Of a stretch of DNA of 64,000 nt, positions 33,462-45,473 are shown piece after piece; the stretch's first letter is position 1, and the number at the start of each line of letters is the position of its first letter. Location: NCBI RefSeq assembly GCF_009914755.1, contig NC_060929.1. One strand, written 5' to 3'. Under the pieces are notes generated by a model. The model saw only the letters and a list, made by a program, of their open reading frames with translations. It did not search any database and was not told where the DNA came from. The DNA is from the human T2T-CHM13v2.0 reference genome, Homo sapiens. The position numbers and the translations under genes are program-made.

Positions 33462-35494
33462 GCCATCTTTATATAACTCGAGAGCATTTAGCCCCACTCT
33501 GATATTTGCTCTCAGACAAAAATTTTGAGAAACACTCCCCTGGTGGAGAGCTGCCATTTTCAGAGTTGGGTAGGTTATGATGTTCACAGATGCATTAGCC
33601 TCACGCATGTAATAGAAATAGTAATAAGTGTCAAGGTTATAGCAGATACTATTAGGCTAACTGAAAGATGTCACATGACAGATCATGTAAAGATGAACAT
33701 TTAGAAAGAAAAATAAGAAAATAGGTATAAGCAAAGAGAGACAAAAATGAACAGTGATAGCATGAGAAAAAAGTCAGCAAGACGAACTGAACTGCAAAAG
33801 AGCTGAGAAACTTTGACCATCTCTAACAATGTGGCAGCTTGACAAAGACTTTTCAGGCTTTCTCTTTTTTAATTTCTTCCTGCGTTTGGTCTTGTTCTGT
33901 TTGTTTTTTTTCTCTCTTCTCTCATATTTGTCTTATTAGAAACTGTACAGAAATATTATTTAAAAATTATCTTCTTTAAAACAAACTTTGAAAGTGAGAT
34001 TAGTCATCATATGTAGAACTTTATAGATTAATATTTAGTAAGTGGTTAAAATGCCAAACAATTAAAAAATTTCAAGTATCTCCCTAATTATTTCTTTCCC
34101 TCTCATTCCTTAACCCTGACCTCCTTTCCTTACTTCCATAAGAACAACTGAGTGAATGTCAGTGAGTGACTTCACTTACTGTGAGGGAGGAGACAACAAA
34201 ATCAGGCCTTTAATCTGAGCCTCCAAAAAATAAAAGCTGGGTTCAGGCAGGCATGTGCTGCACTACTGCATCCTGAGTGCTGACATACTTATATATCTCT
34301 CTATTTTCAGTGACAACATCCAAAGTAATTTCAGCAGTTGATAAAAAAAAAAAAAAATGACTTCCCACAACATTACCATTAGAGCATTTTATGGTGCCAT
34401 AAAAGAGGCACTAATTACCATAGGAAGTCAGGGACAGCTTTATATTATTCCCTCTAAATGACATAAACCATTGTAAACTCTAGAGTTAGTATTATTCTCC
34501 TCATAAGCTTTTTTTAAGATTTAAATACAGATTATTTTCAAGATCATTTTGCAAAGCCCATGTTTGAAGAATCATGAATGACAAATTTACCCTACAAACA
34601 TTTCTTAAAAATTGATATAAGGAATTTATTTCAGTTCCAAAACAAAAATGTTTACTTGTGTTAAATAATCACCAGAAAGTGTTTCATATTCAGGCCTCCA
34701 ATTTTCTACTTGATTCCTTATTAAAAACAAATGAAGTTTTGCAAAAAATGGAAAGGATTTAAACATGGCAACTTCCAATAGAATATTTCAAAAGTTGTTT
34801 TCATACTGCAGGCACTAAACCTGGGCAGGAGAGGGTTTTATTTTATTGAATTATTAGGACAGAATAAGATCATGCTTAAATGTTTTAAAATGTACTTTTG
34901 ACATACTAATAAATTCTGTAAGATCCTTCATGTCATAGAAGTTTTAATAAAATAAAAAGGAAAACAAGACAGCTCTGTATACATTACAGAGACATTAAAT
35001 ACTGGCTGAAAACAAGATTTGTTCAATCAGAGGCTGAATACAATCATACTTTGAATACAGTCTGTTGTTTCTTCTAATGTTTAATCCTATTTTAGGCAAT
35101 TTCAAATCAATAATTCTATTTTATAACCAAGCTACAATTTGTCAAATTATTATATTTTACCACAGACTGTGCTGAGCTTAGGGTCATTAAATAGTCACTT
35201 AAAATGTATAATTAGTAAAGATTGACAGAGGACATAGATCCCCAATTTTATCACTCAAAGTGCAGCCTCAAAATAGAAGAAAAAAAAAGTAAAATAAAAG
35301 AGGCTCAGCATAAAAATTTTACTGTTGGCTAGCTATAATAGTATTTTAAGGCATAGTCTTTATAAAAGTATCTTAAAAAGAAATAAAGTACAGAGAAAAA
35401 ACACGGCTATGTGTCATCAGAAATATTCTTCGTTACTCCAAAAAAAAAATTCTAATGTTCCTTAAGAAAGTAAGAGAGTGAGAAATAAGAAATA

Positions 35495-35680
35495 CCATGC
35501 ATTCATTAAATGCCAACTATGTGCCAGGCACCATGCTCTTTTCTTGGAATTCAAACATGAAATGCAGTCTCCTCGCCCTTAAGGAGCATCTTTTGGGAGT
35601 AAGCAAGAAAATATACACACAGTTCTAATTCAACTTAATAATGACTATAAAGTAAGTATGTAAAAAATGTAGAAGAATAA
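35495..35680 (-). mobile_element. L2 LINE 3' remnant
   Basis: cattcattaaatgccaactatgtgccaggcaccatgct...gcccttaaggagc. Confidence 0.65.
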
Positions 35681-36964
35681 ATACTTCTGAGCTTAAAGCT
35701 TCCACTTGTTCTGTCTCATAATGGCTTTTTCTATATTGCTTTTGAATATATGAAGATTACTACAAAATATGTAACTGTCCTATGAATTATTTTTCTTTTT
35801 GAAAACCAGGCATATGTCTTAATCAAGGTAAGATTGTGAGAGAAAACGAAAAGGAGAGTTTGTCTGTGTTCCTATTCTATGAGATTATATTGCCATTTTT
35901 TTCTATTTGGCCTGAAATTAAGTAAATTGAAATTATCAGCTGGGATGATTCACTGAGCTTTGTAGGATGTATACTCTACAAAAACTATCTGGAAAAAAAT
36001 GGGTATGTAAAGGTAAAATCCAGCCTACATGTAGGACCATGTACCTTAGCACTGAGAGTTGTCCATGGGCTGTGTCTACTTCAGGTAAAGATTCCTAATG
36101 GACGAATGAAAACCCTGTTAGGTCCCCAGTTACTGGGCATACCCTCAGAAGCATGCCCCTATGAAATATCTACAAAATGAAGCCAAGCTTTCTAAAGAAT
36201 TCATCCACACTCTGCTCATAGGGTTCACAACCCCAGTAATTGGGTTCAGAATGTCCTTGGAGGATATATCTGTTCATTTTAAACTTCCCTTTTGGAAAGG
36301 ATGCAAAAAGAATCTATAAGCCTGTAAAAGAAATCATCTTCCTTGGGAAATGCAGCTCAGGATATGTAAATATTAATTATTGCAGGAAAATTTTCAGATG
36401 GCAAAATGTTCCTTATGTCAAAGTGACCCCAGTTATTTCCTTTATTATTTCATAAGTCTTACTTTAACCTTGGGAAATTGTATACATTGTTAAACACTTT
36501 GTTCCAAGCGGTGAATCCTAGGATCCATTTTTCCAAACTCTCATATTCCAACCCAATTTGTTCCCAAAATATCTTTTCATGATTCCCTTCATAGTAATGT
36601 GACATACTAGATGGCTTAAAAATTAAGCATGGACAACAGAATCATTAAACAAACAAATAATAATTTGCTTTAAAACTGTCTTTCTGCACCTTCCATGCCC
36701 AGTTTGTCACATACTATAAAGACTATTCTATCATTAGCAATCTTGACAGAGTCAAATACTGCGCTCAAAGACGTCAGTCCCTCAAAAGCTACTGGACTGG
36801 ATTCCTCTTTTCCTTTCTTGCTGGCCTCAAACTAGGGGATACTATTGCATATTTCATCATTAAGGAATTCTCCTTGTATTAAAAATAAAAACACTCTGAG
36901 GCATCTGTGCTCAAGAAGACTGAGACAGATTTTCATTCTATATCACACCTATGCTTTCCCTGAT

Positions 36965-38643
36965 GTCGTGTTTCTTGTATGAGAAATGTTCCCTTTTACC
37001 TGCAACTATTAAGAGCTATTAAGGCTATTATCTCAGCCTTTTGGGCTGAAGCCCCTAAGGAGAAGCTCTTGGCCTTAATGGCTTCTTGTAGGAAGATAAC
37101 CACATATCCTGCCCTTCTATGGCCTCTTCCCATGCAGCTACTGTCATCTACAAACCATATGTCTTCCAAACCAGGAAGAAGACATTCTGCAAATCCTTTC
37201 TGCAGGAGTATTTCCTCTAGGGTGGCAGAGCAGTTGTGGATTAGGCTAGGATTAGGGGATCTTGGGTACTGGGAATTAGGGTAGCAGGGTTAAGGGTTTA
37301 GCATGTACACTCACAGATGTTGGGGTGTCTAACAATAGGGCCTGATACTGCCACACTCTGCTGCTTGTCAACTAATGACGCCTTTTGGCCTCTAATACAT
37401 TTGTCATTTGGTGGGGGACCTGAAGAGTTGAATCCTGGCCCATTGTGCGCTTCTTGGCTTCTGGATAAGCATACAAGTGGCGCCACTGACTTAAGGCAGG
37501 GGCTGAGCCCCTTGTCACAACATCAAGTTTTCTAGAGAAGTAGGTCACTATAATTTTCACACGTCTTAGCATTTGGGTCAGTCTGAAAGCTGTTTCTTGC
37601 TCTTCATGGATGCAGAGAACAAAAGGCTAAGTTCAGCTAGCAGTCCTAGGGCCAGAGCCTCTAATAACAGGTTTTGTTAGCTTCCAACAGGTCTGATCAC
37701 ATTGACCATCTCATTCAAAAGCGTTAGTGTTGGTGCTCTGAAGTTTCTTATAAAGCAGCTTTGCTATGAGCTTAAAATCTGGGATCCAGATGCAGCAGAA
37801 TCCCACCATGCCCAAAAATCTGCACAGTTGCTTGCAATTTCTGTGAGAGGCCAAGCAGCAGAGAGCCAATTTCTGGTCTTAGGGAAGACTTGCTGCCCCT
37901 GAGAGATGACATACCCCAAGTACTGGACCATCTTTGAAATCTGAGCCTTTTTCCTTAACACCTTACAGCCCCTTGCTGCTAGAAAATTCAGGATTAGAAT
38001 TGTAATTTTATCAGAATCTTCCTTAGTGAGTCTGGCCATAAGGATATAATCTACTTATTGGTAGAGCCATGCCCTGCTCCTATGTGCAAGTCCCACAGAT
38101 ACCAACTCAAGATTCCCCCCAAAATCGTTGGGGAGTTCTTGAAACCCTGGAGAAGGACTATCCCGCAATACTGCTGCCCCTGATGCATCTTAGAATATTT
38201 CCATTCAAAGGCAAATAATTTCTGAGAGTCAGTGCTTAGAGGGACACAAAAGAGGGCATATTTGAGATGTAGCACAATAAAGGTTTTTGTCCCCTGGGAG
38301 AATGGCTAGAAATGTATAGGAATTGGGCACTGCTGGGAGAATGTCCTGAACAACACTGTTGACTGCTTAAAGGTCCTGCACAAACCTATACTCTCCTGCT
38401 CCTGATTTCTGAAGAGGCAGGATAGGGGTGTTATATGGGGACGGGCAAGACCTGATCTGCCCCTGGTGTAAGAAGCTTTCTAACATGGGCTATATTCCTG
38501 TAGTGCTTCAGGTTTTAGGGGAAACTGTTTCACCCTTGGTGTTGGGATGTTTGGTTTTAACGGTATCTTTACAAGTTCTGCTATGACAGCCCTTCTTACT
38601 TTGCCCTGTAACCATACTTCAGGGTTCTCTCGTGATAAAGTAT
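36965..38643 (-). mobile_element. pol: Class I (gammaretrovirus-like) ERV pol remnant: RT, tether, RNase H N-half
   Basis: Minus-strand translation: NPEVW..SPYNTPILP..EYRFVQDL; LFAFEW..QGFKNSPT (ORF 38051-38275); decayed YVDD near 38045-38060; LNFLAARGCKVLRKKAQ..VQYLGY (ORF 37764-38039); WFVDDSS..RAGYVV..SAQKAEIIAL; many stops and frameshifts. Confidence 0.9.
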
Positions 38644-39251
38644 TGTGTTAGTCAGGGTTCTCTAGAGGGACAGAACTAATAGGACAGAGATATATATATA
38701 TATCAGCCCAAGGTTTGCCTTTTTTGAAATGGTTTGAACATATAAATATAAATATTTTATTTATATATAAATATATATATAATATTTATATAAACAGGTT
38801 TATATAACTCCAATAGATAGATAGATGATAGATAGATATAGACAGATAGATAGATAGATAGATAAGAGTTTATTAAGTATTAACTCACATGATCACAAGT
38901 TCCCACAGTAGGCCATTTACAAGCTGAGGAGCAAGGAGAGCCAGTCCAAGTCCCAAACTGAAGAACGTGGCATCCAATGTTCAAGGGCAGGAAGCATCCA
39001 ACATGGGAGAAAGATGTAGGCTGGGAGGTTAGGCTATTCTCATCTTTTCATGTTTTTTCTTTCTGCTTTACATTTTAGCTGTGCTGGAAGCTGATTAGGT
39101 GGTGCCCACCCAGATTAAGGATGGGTCTGCCTTTCCCAGCCCTCTGACTCAAATGTTAATCACCTTTGGCAACACCCTCACAGACACACCCAGGATCAAT
39201 ACTCTGTATCTTTCAATCCCATCAAGTGGACACTCATTATTAACCATCACA
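38644..39251 (-). mobile_element. MLT2A1-like HERV-L 3' LTR with expanded internal (TA)n/(GATA)n
   Basis: tgtgttagtcagggttctctagagggacagaactaatagga ... ttaaccatcaca; short (A1-type) form; microsatellite about 38690-38865. Confidence 0.9.
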
Positions 39252-40064
39252 AGTCCACGCCTTCTCAACTTGAACCCATACACCTGAACCACACACTCTC
39301 CTGAGATCATACATAATCTTCAAATAAAGACAATAATAAGGTCATAATTATTCCTAACATAACTATCCTTCATACAACTGAAAACGCACCAGTCCCCAAC
39401 CCAAATAATATTACATAAAGTTAACAATACTTAAATGCTGATGTGAAGTCAGTAAATCTTATGTCACATGATAAAGGAAAAAGGAATGAGAAATGAAGAC
39501 ATTTTCTTAGTACAAGTGTATACATGCACAAACATGTTTTCAACAAAAGAAGGAGGAAATATTAATGACCATTACAGTCCTCATTTCTGCAGCTGGTCAC
39601 GTGGCCATAGCTAGTATTGATGACTACCTTCTTCTACTGCCCATTCTGATTTCCCTTCACCTTCAGCAAGCACCTCAGCAGGTCGTGGTTTTTTTCCTGG
39701 TGGAGTGACCCAAACCTTCACTCCTGAAGGGTTTAGGCCATTTGTAGCCCTGCCTAAATTGGACTGTTGTAGTTTCCCATTGACCTTAATCATAGGGCAT
39801 GGTAATACCAAGAGATGCCCTAATGGATCGCCTGTATTCCACGCATACCCTTCCTTACCTCTGTTGTGCAGTAGTAGACTGATTTCATCTTGATAGTCCA
39901 AGTCAATCACCACAGCCAACACTGTAACTCCTTTCTTAGCCTGTTGACTTGAAGGTAGGAGGAGCACGAAGTGTCCAGGTGGCAATCTTAACTTCCAGTT
40001 TAATGGAATCGTTGTTGTGTCTCTTGGTGGCAGCATTCCTCCCTCTGGGACTAAGACCTCTAGC
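39252..40064 (-). mobile_element. HERV-L internal 3' region including dUTPase remnant
   Basis: ORF 39611-40234 C-part LEVLVPEGGMLPP..IPLNWKLRLPPGHF..VIDLDYQDEISLLLHN..KVWVTPPGKKPRPAEVLAE is ERVL dUTPase-region sequence; contiguous with MLT2A LTR. Confidence 0.9.
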
Positions 40065-40456
40065 AAGAAAAAAATAAAAGAAAAAACAATTTGAGAATCT
40101 GGCAAGTCCCATAAATACAAGAGATTCAGAGAGACTTTAGAGCTGTCACATGGCCAACTAAGATTTATGAACAGGAAAAGGAAATTGATGTACAGAAAAC
40201 AGAAGTGAGTTACAGAAACATCTGGATTGGTCACAGCTCAAGATTTGCCTTATTTGAACATGGTTTGAACAGTTAGCCAACTGTGAGTGAAGGATGTGCT
40301 GTGACTAGCTGAGACTTGGCTATTGTTACAGAAGCGTACTCCTAAGTTAGATTTTTAAGCTTGTTTATGTATAGAGTTAGGTTGTGGTTCCTGCATAAAA
40401 ACTCAAGTCTGCAAGTACAGAAGCTTTCTCAGGCCAAATTTTAGTTTGATTTAACA
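40065..40456 (-). mobile_element. ERV1 LTR (MER57E-like), 3'-truncated
   Basis: Minus strand begins tgttaaatcaaactaaaatttggcctgag; gatttgccttatttgaacatggtttgaacag and CCAAT (gattgg) motifs typical of MER57/MER4 group. Confidence 0.7.
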
Positions 40457-40568
40457 GTAATATTGGCTAATTCTCCAAGTTCCAGCACCTCCTGGGACAC
40501 AGCTTAAACCCTCTATTAGCTCTCATAGTGCCCTGAGAAGCTGATTTGTTTCATCAATACTTTTTCCA

Positions 40569-40948
<380 letters not shown>

Positions 40949-42259
40949 TTAGTTTACTTGTTTTTTGCAATATTGCCAGCTTAATCAAAACCAACATTTC
41001 CACACTGGAAAAGTGGACACTGGAAGCCATTATAGTGCAACACATTTATCCCTGAAAGTTCTAAAGAAATTTTAAATTTTAAAAGAAGATAATTCTAAAG
41101 TTTTCTACTAAAGCCACATTTTCAGAGACCTAAATAAGAATAAAAGGTTGATTAAATATGTCAGTCACACAGAGAAATCATAAAAGCAGGGAAAGTGCCT
41201 AGGAAATGGGACAATTTTTTTTAGACAGAACACAGAGTTAGTAAGAAAAATCTGTGGACATAATAGCCTTAGATTTGAGACCATTTTCAATAGAGTACAA
41301 AATACCAAAGACTAACCTATGGGGTCATGAAATATGATCATTTGTAATGAGCATTGAGAACAATCATAGGTATACTGGATGGCAAGAGATTTTAGGCAGT
41401 GAAATTGACCTAACCTGAATAGAGAATTGTTATCCATATGGGGATTTGGTTCTAGACAACTTAACTTTAATACCTGGGATGAGAGATGTGGCATAAAATC
41501 GCAAAATGTGTAACTGCAGGGCAGTGATACATCAGTAAAAGTAAGATAAACATAAAGTAAAATAGAATGATATAGTTAAAACAAATTTGCCCAGAGCTCA
41601 GTGATTAGTATTTAAATAAATATTCATGGAGTAAACATAATTTGTAAGGCAATAAAAGTATATGTAGAATAAGAATAAACAAAGAAATAAAGAAAAATAT
41701 ATAAACATTTTTGCAAAGAGGTTAGCAAAGGGCTATAGGTCTCAATAGTTATTCAGAGTAAAATAAAATTTTTAAAGTCAAATTATTAAAAGTTAAAATT
41801 GTTAAAATATAATAAAATCATTTAACTGACTACATGTAATGATACAGATACTATGCTGATTAATAATCATTGCTTGCTATCACAAAATGCATTTTATATT
41901 TTTTCAGACAACAATTTCCATATTTTTTAAAGATTTTTTTTTATATTTTAAAATTTGTTCAGGCAAGTAGAATTTACAAATAAAAGATTACTTTAGTAAG
42001 CACTTAAGAGGAAAAACATATTAGAACACAAGTTGACATTAATGTTTTTGAGAATATAAAGCACTGAGATCTTTTATTTTAAAAGTAAAAGATATGATTG
42101 GAGATTATTTAAATATCAGCTGTTATAAAGCTTACATTATTTTTTTGAAGTCTGTTTATCTTTCATCTTTGTGTATTATCTATTTCAGCAAAACAAAATT
42201 GTGTTTCTGGCTGGACTGATTGATTTGGTAAGAATGGCAGAGTAGCCTTCTATAATAAT

Positions 42260-42911
42260 TACCAGGACTCAGAAAACAATATCCCAAAATGAAGACCTCA
42301 GCATCAGCCCCAGAAGCAATTTTTTTATCTGACCTTCTCCTGACCTTCTATCTCTCAGCCCCATTCTCCCCCAAAGCTAACCATAAAAACTAGAATTCCT
42401 TTTCCCCAAGGTGGGCGGTAGAAACCAGAACCTCTTTTCCCCAAAGCTAGTCATAAAACCTAAAAATGTTACTCTTTCTACCTTATCTTTGTAAAAATTG
42501 GCCATAAAGAAATTATCTGAACTTCCTTGTTTGAATGTAGGTCATAAGACCCCCATTCCAGAGAGGGTCCTGCCTCATACCTCATACCCAGAAGGAAGAA
42601 ATGCTTGCTCAGAGAGGCCAAGACGATTCTGGACAGAAAGCCCTGGCTGAGTTTTCCCACTCAGTCTGTTAGCATTCTATCACATCCCTTTTTGTTCAGT
42701 CGTATTTCTAGATGGCTGCCCATACTTTATTAAACCTAAGCATAAAAATGGGCAATATTCCCTGTATCTTTAGGTTTGTATTCCGTAGTGTCTCATGTAT
42801 ACATGTTATATAAATTTGTATGCCTTTTCTGCAGTTAACTTCCCTTTTGAAAGTTGATTTTTCAGCAAACCTCCAGAGGTCCAGAGGGAAAGTTCTCCCT
42901 TGGTCCCTAAA
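42260..42911 (+). mobile_element. MER39-like ERV1 solo LTR
   Basis: ggactcagaaaacaatatcccaaaatgaagacctcag; ggtcataagacccccattccagagagggtcctgcc; tttttcagcaaacctccagagg. Confidence 0.8.
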
Positions 42912-43169
42912 TACCAAACATGTTTTAGTTATTTCTCAGAACTGTATCTTAAAAATCACATTATATATATATAATACATTATATATATAACATATTACAA
43001 ATAACTATAATTATATATATATATAATGTTTCATTTATTTTTGCCTAAAAATACATTAAGGAATGAAGCAGAGTGGAGACTTCTACATCCCATAAGAATG
43101 TACTATAAGAAGAAAGAAATTTGTGCCTGTGCAAATAACAATATCTTATAGCAAATATTTCCTATGTGC

Positions 43170-43905
43170 TGTTGGAGAAATATAGTTAAAAACAAAAGCT
43201 TCTCCCAACCCAGAAAACATCTCCATGAAAGAAAAGAGAAAAAAAAAAGACAAACTTATTATTATTATCGAATAAGCATCAAACCAAAATGTAATGCTTA
43301 TTAAAGGCAATCTGGCTAAGAAATTGAAAACAAAAATAAATAAATAAACAAGCAAAAACACCTCACCCCTTTTATAACTAAATAGATACAACCCATTACA
43401 CACGTTTTGAGGATAAACAACTCGTCCTCAAGTAAGAGGACTTGACATCAGCATCAGTCACATGCAGTTTGTCTTAAGTTTACCTCATAATTTTGGTGAC
43501 AGTTTTTGTTGCCTACTTGGCTTTATCCAAAGGAAAAAATACTCATACTTTTACAACAATAAAAAATAGTTTTGCAATTTAATGCAAGACCCACTAGGGA
43601 AGTTAGGCTCCTAACCTTCCACAGAGACTAATGAATAGGGGGCCCTATCTTCTCTGTATGTTTATATTCCAGTGAGATGGTTCTCAGGTCCTGCAGAAAG
43701 TCATTCCCGAGACATTAAACTGACAAGTGGTACATTTAAATTTTTAAAAGATTTTCACACAGTTCAAAGAGACAGAAAGAGAACTTATGCTTACATGTTT
43801 TTAAAATAAATGCTCTCAGAAAAAAGGGGCAAGGAAAAAATATCCTCCCTTATTTTCAACAGAGCAAACTAAGGCTCTTATTTTTAATGTGTATTTGCCC
43901 TTAAG
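43170..43905 (-). mobile_element. ERV1 solo LTR (LTR48-like)
   Basis: tgttgg..aaaacaaaagcttctcccaacccagaaaac; minus-strand start taagggcaaatacacattaaaaataagag; 4-bp TSD gtgc 43166-43169 / 43906-43909. Confidence 0.7.
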
Positions 43906-44109
43906 GTGCCAAGTCCTGCTGGATGCTCTGAAGCTCCACAAAAATTAATATGTAATCACTGCCCTTAAGAAATTCACATTACAACCAAGTAATAGTTTAA
44001 TCTGATTAATATGTTCTTTCTTTGAAGTCATAACATATTTATTACAAGGTTAGTAGAGACTGACAAACATGAATATTGTAGATATGGTAAGGCATCCAAC
44101 ATCTGTTTC

Positions 44110-44655
44110 AATTGCCTTTAGTGCGTCTTTGTGAACTACAGAATCTGTAAGGCTAAAAACTATATTGTTCACATTGCCTTGCAGCTATGTTTGTAGAGGG
44201 AAATTAGGTTCCAATAATTAGAGGTATCTATGTTTAAGCAGTGGCCGTCTTTCTCTGCTTTTTAGCTATTGTACCTCACAAGCTGCTTTGCAGAGGTAGT
44301 AAGGTTGTTTGCAATGGCACATAGGTGTGCATGTGTTGGCATCATGGATTTCAAGAGGCAGATGCAATAGAGGAGGCAGGATTTGAAGCCGTAATTTCCT
44401 ATGATGGATGAAAAACTAGGACAATGTATCCTTTGATCTAACAAATTCCATGGCAACCTTCTGATTCTCCATCTTAGCGGAAGCAGCATTTCACCGTGAA
44501 CACCTGTTAAGTGATCTTTTTCAAAACGATTTTCTTCATGGTCCAGGGCCACTCTACCAGCACCTTCATTGCTTATATAAGACACTAATTCTGTCTATAT
44601 TAAATTCATTTCTTTTTAAAATATTTAGGATAGCTTCTGGTTTCTGCAACTTAGT
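44110..44655 (+). mobile_element. Old ERVL LTR (LTR33-like) remnant
   Basis: ctaaaaactatattgttcacattgccttgcagcta and 3' taaattcatttc...gcttctggtttctgcaact motifs; heavily diverged. Confidence 0.4.
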
Positions 44656-45473
44656 CTCTGGTCTTAAGCTCAATTGTTGTATTCGTTTGTTTTAATCAGT
44701 TTTTTGTGCACTTAAAGCCCTAAAACAGACTTAATAATTATATAGAGAAAAGAACTATCAATGCAAGCAGATTTTATTAACATGTGAATCCAGAAGGGAA
44801 TAGCCAAAACCACCAATGTTCTTAAATAAATTAAATTTATAATTATACATTGTATTTGTTATTTTAATATATGCAATATATGTAGGCTCATTAAAGCTAA
44901 CGTCTGTCTTCTCTTAAATGTTTTACATATGTGGATTGACATAAGTGATATGTGATTGGAGATAAAAATAGGAATAACAAGTACAAATTCAGTACTTTTT
45001 AATGTAATTTTTAACAATGAGGCAAAGAGTGAAAGAAAACAAGTAGAACAAGAATTTCCAAGTAAGTTACACTGTCCTTTTATTTATTTCATTATTTACA
45101 AAGTAGCAACAAAAAACTTTCCCATGATAAGACTTTTGTCAATTAATAAGCTCTTGACTATATCTTATGACATGACTTAAGCAACATTCAAATACAAATA
45201 ATTTTAGAAATTCAATACATAGTTTTTAAAAGTTAGCTTTAAGCGCAAAGAATAGAGAGAAACTATAGATTACGAGACCCCACTTCTTCTTTGTTCATAT
45301 TTTTCTCACAATACTACTCTAAAATCAGGGGTGGCATATAATGCTTTTTTATTGTTTTACTGTTTCATTTGCAATGAAGAAAGCATATAGATTTTTACAT
45401 AGTTGATTGGCTAACACAGCAACTCATTAATCAAACTGGGTTCTAGCACACCTTTTTTCAAGACAAATACATA

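Noticed and set aside
34290-34330. Pyrimidine tract plus AG and nearby GT as a possible micro-exon
   Set aside because: Such motifs are frequent by chance; no supporting frame or partner exons.
42955-43030. AT-rich quasi-palindrome between two LTRs
   Set aside because: Self-complementarity is expected for (TA)n low-complexity sequence; too short for a PATRR-type element.
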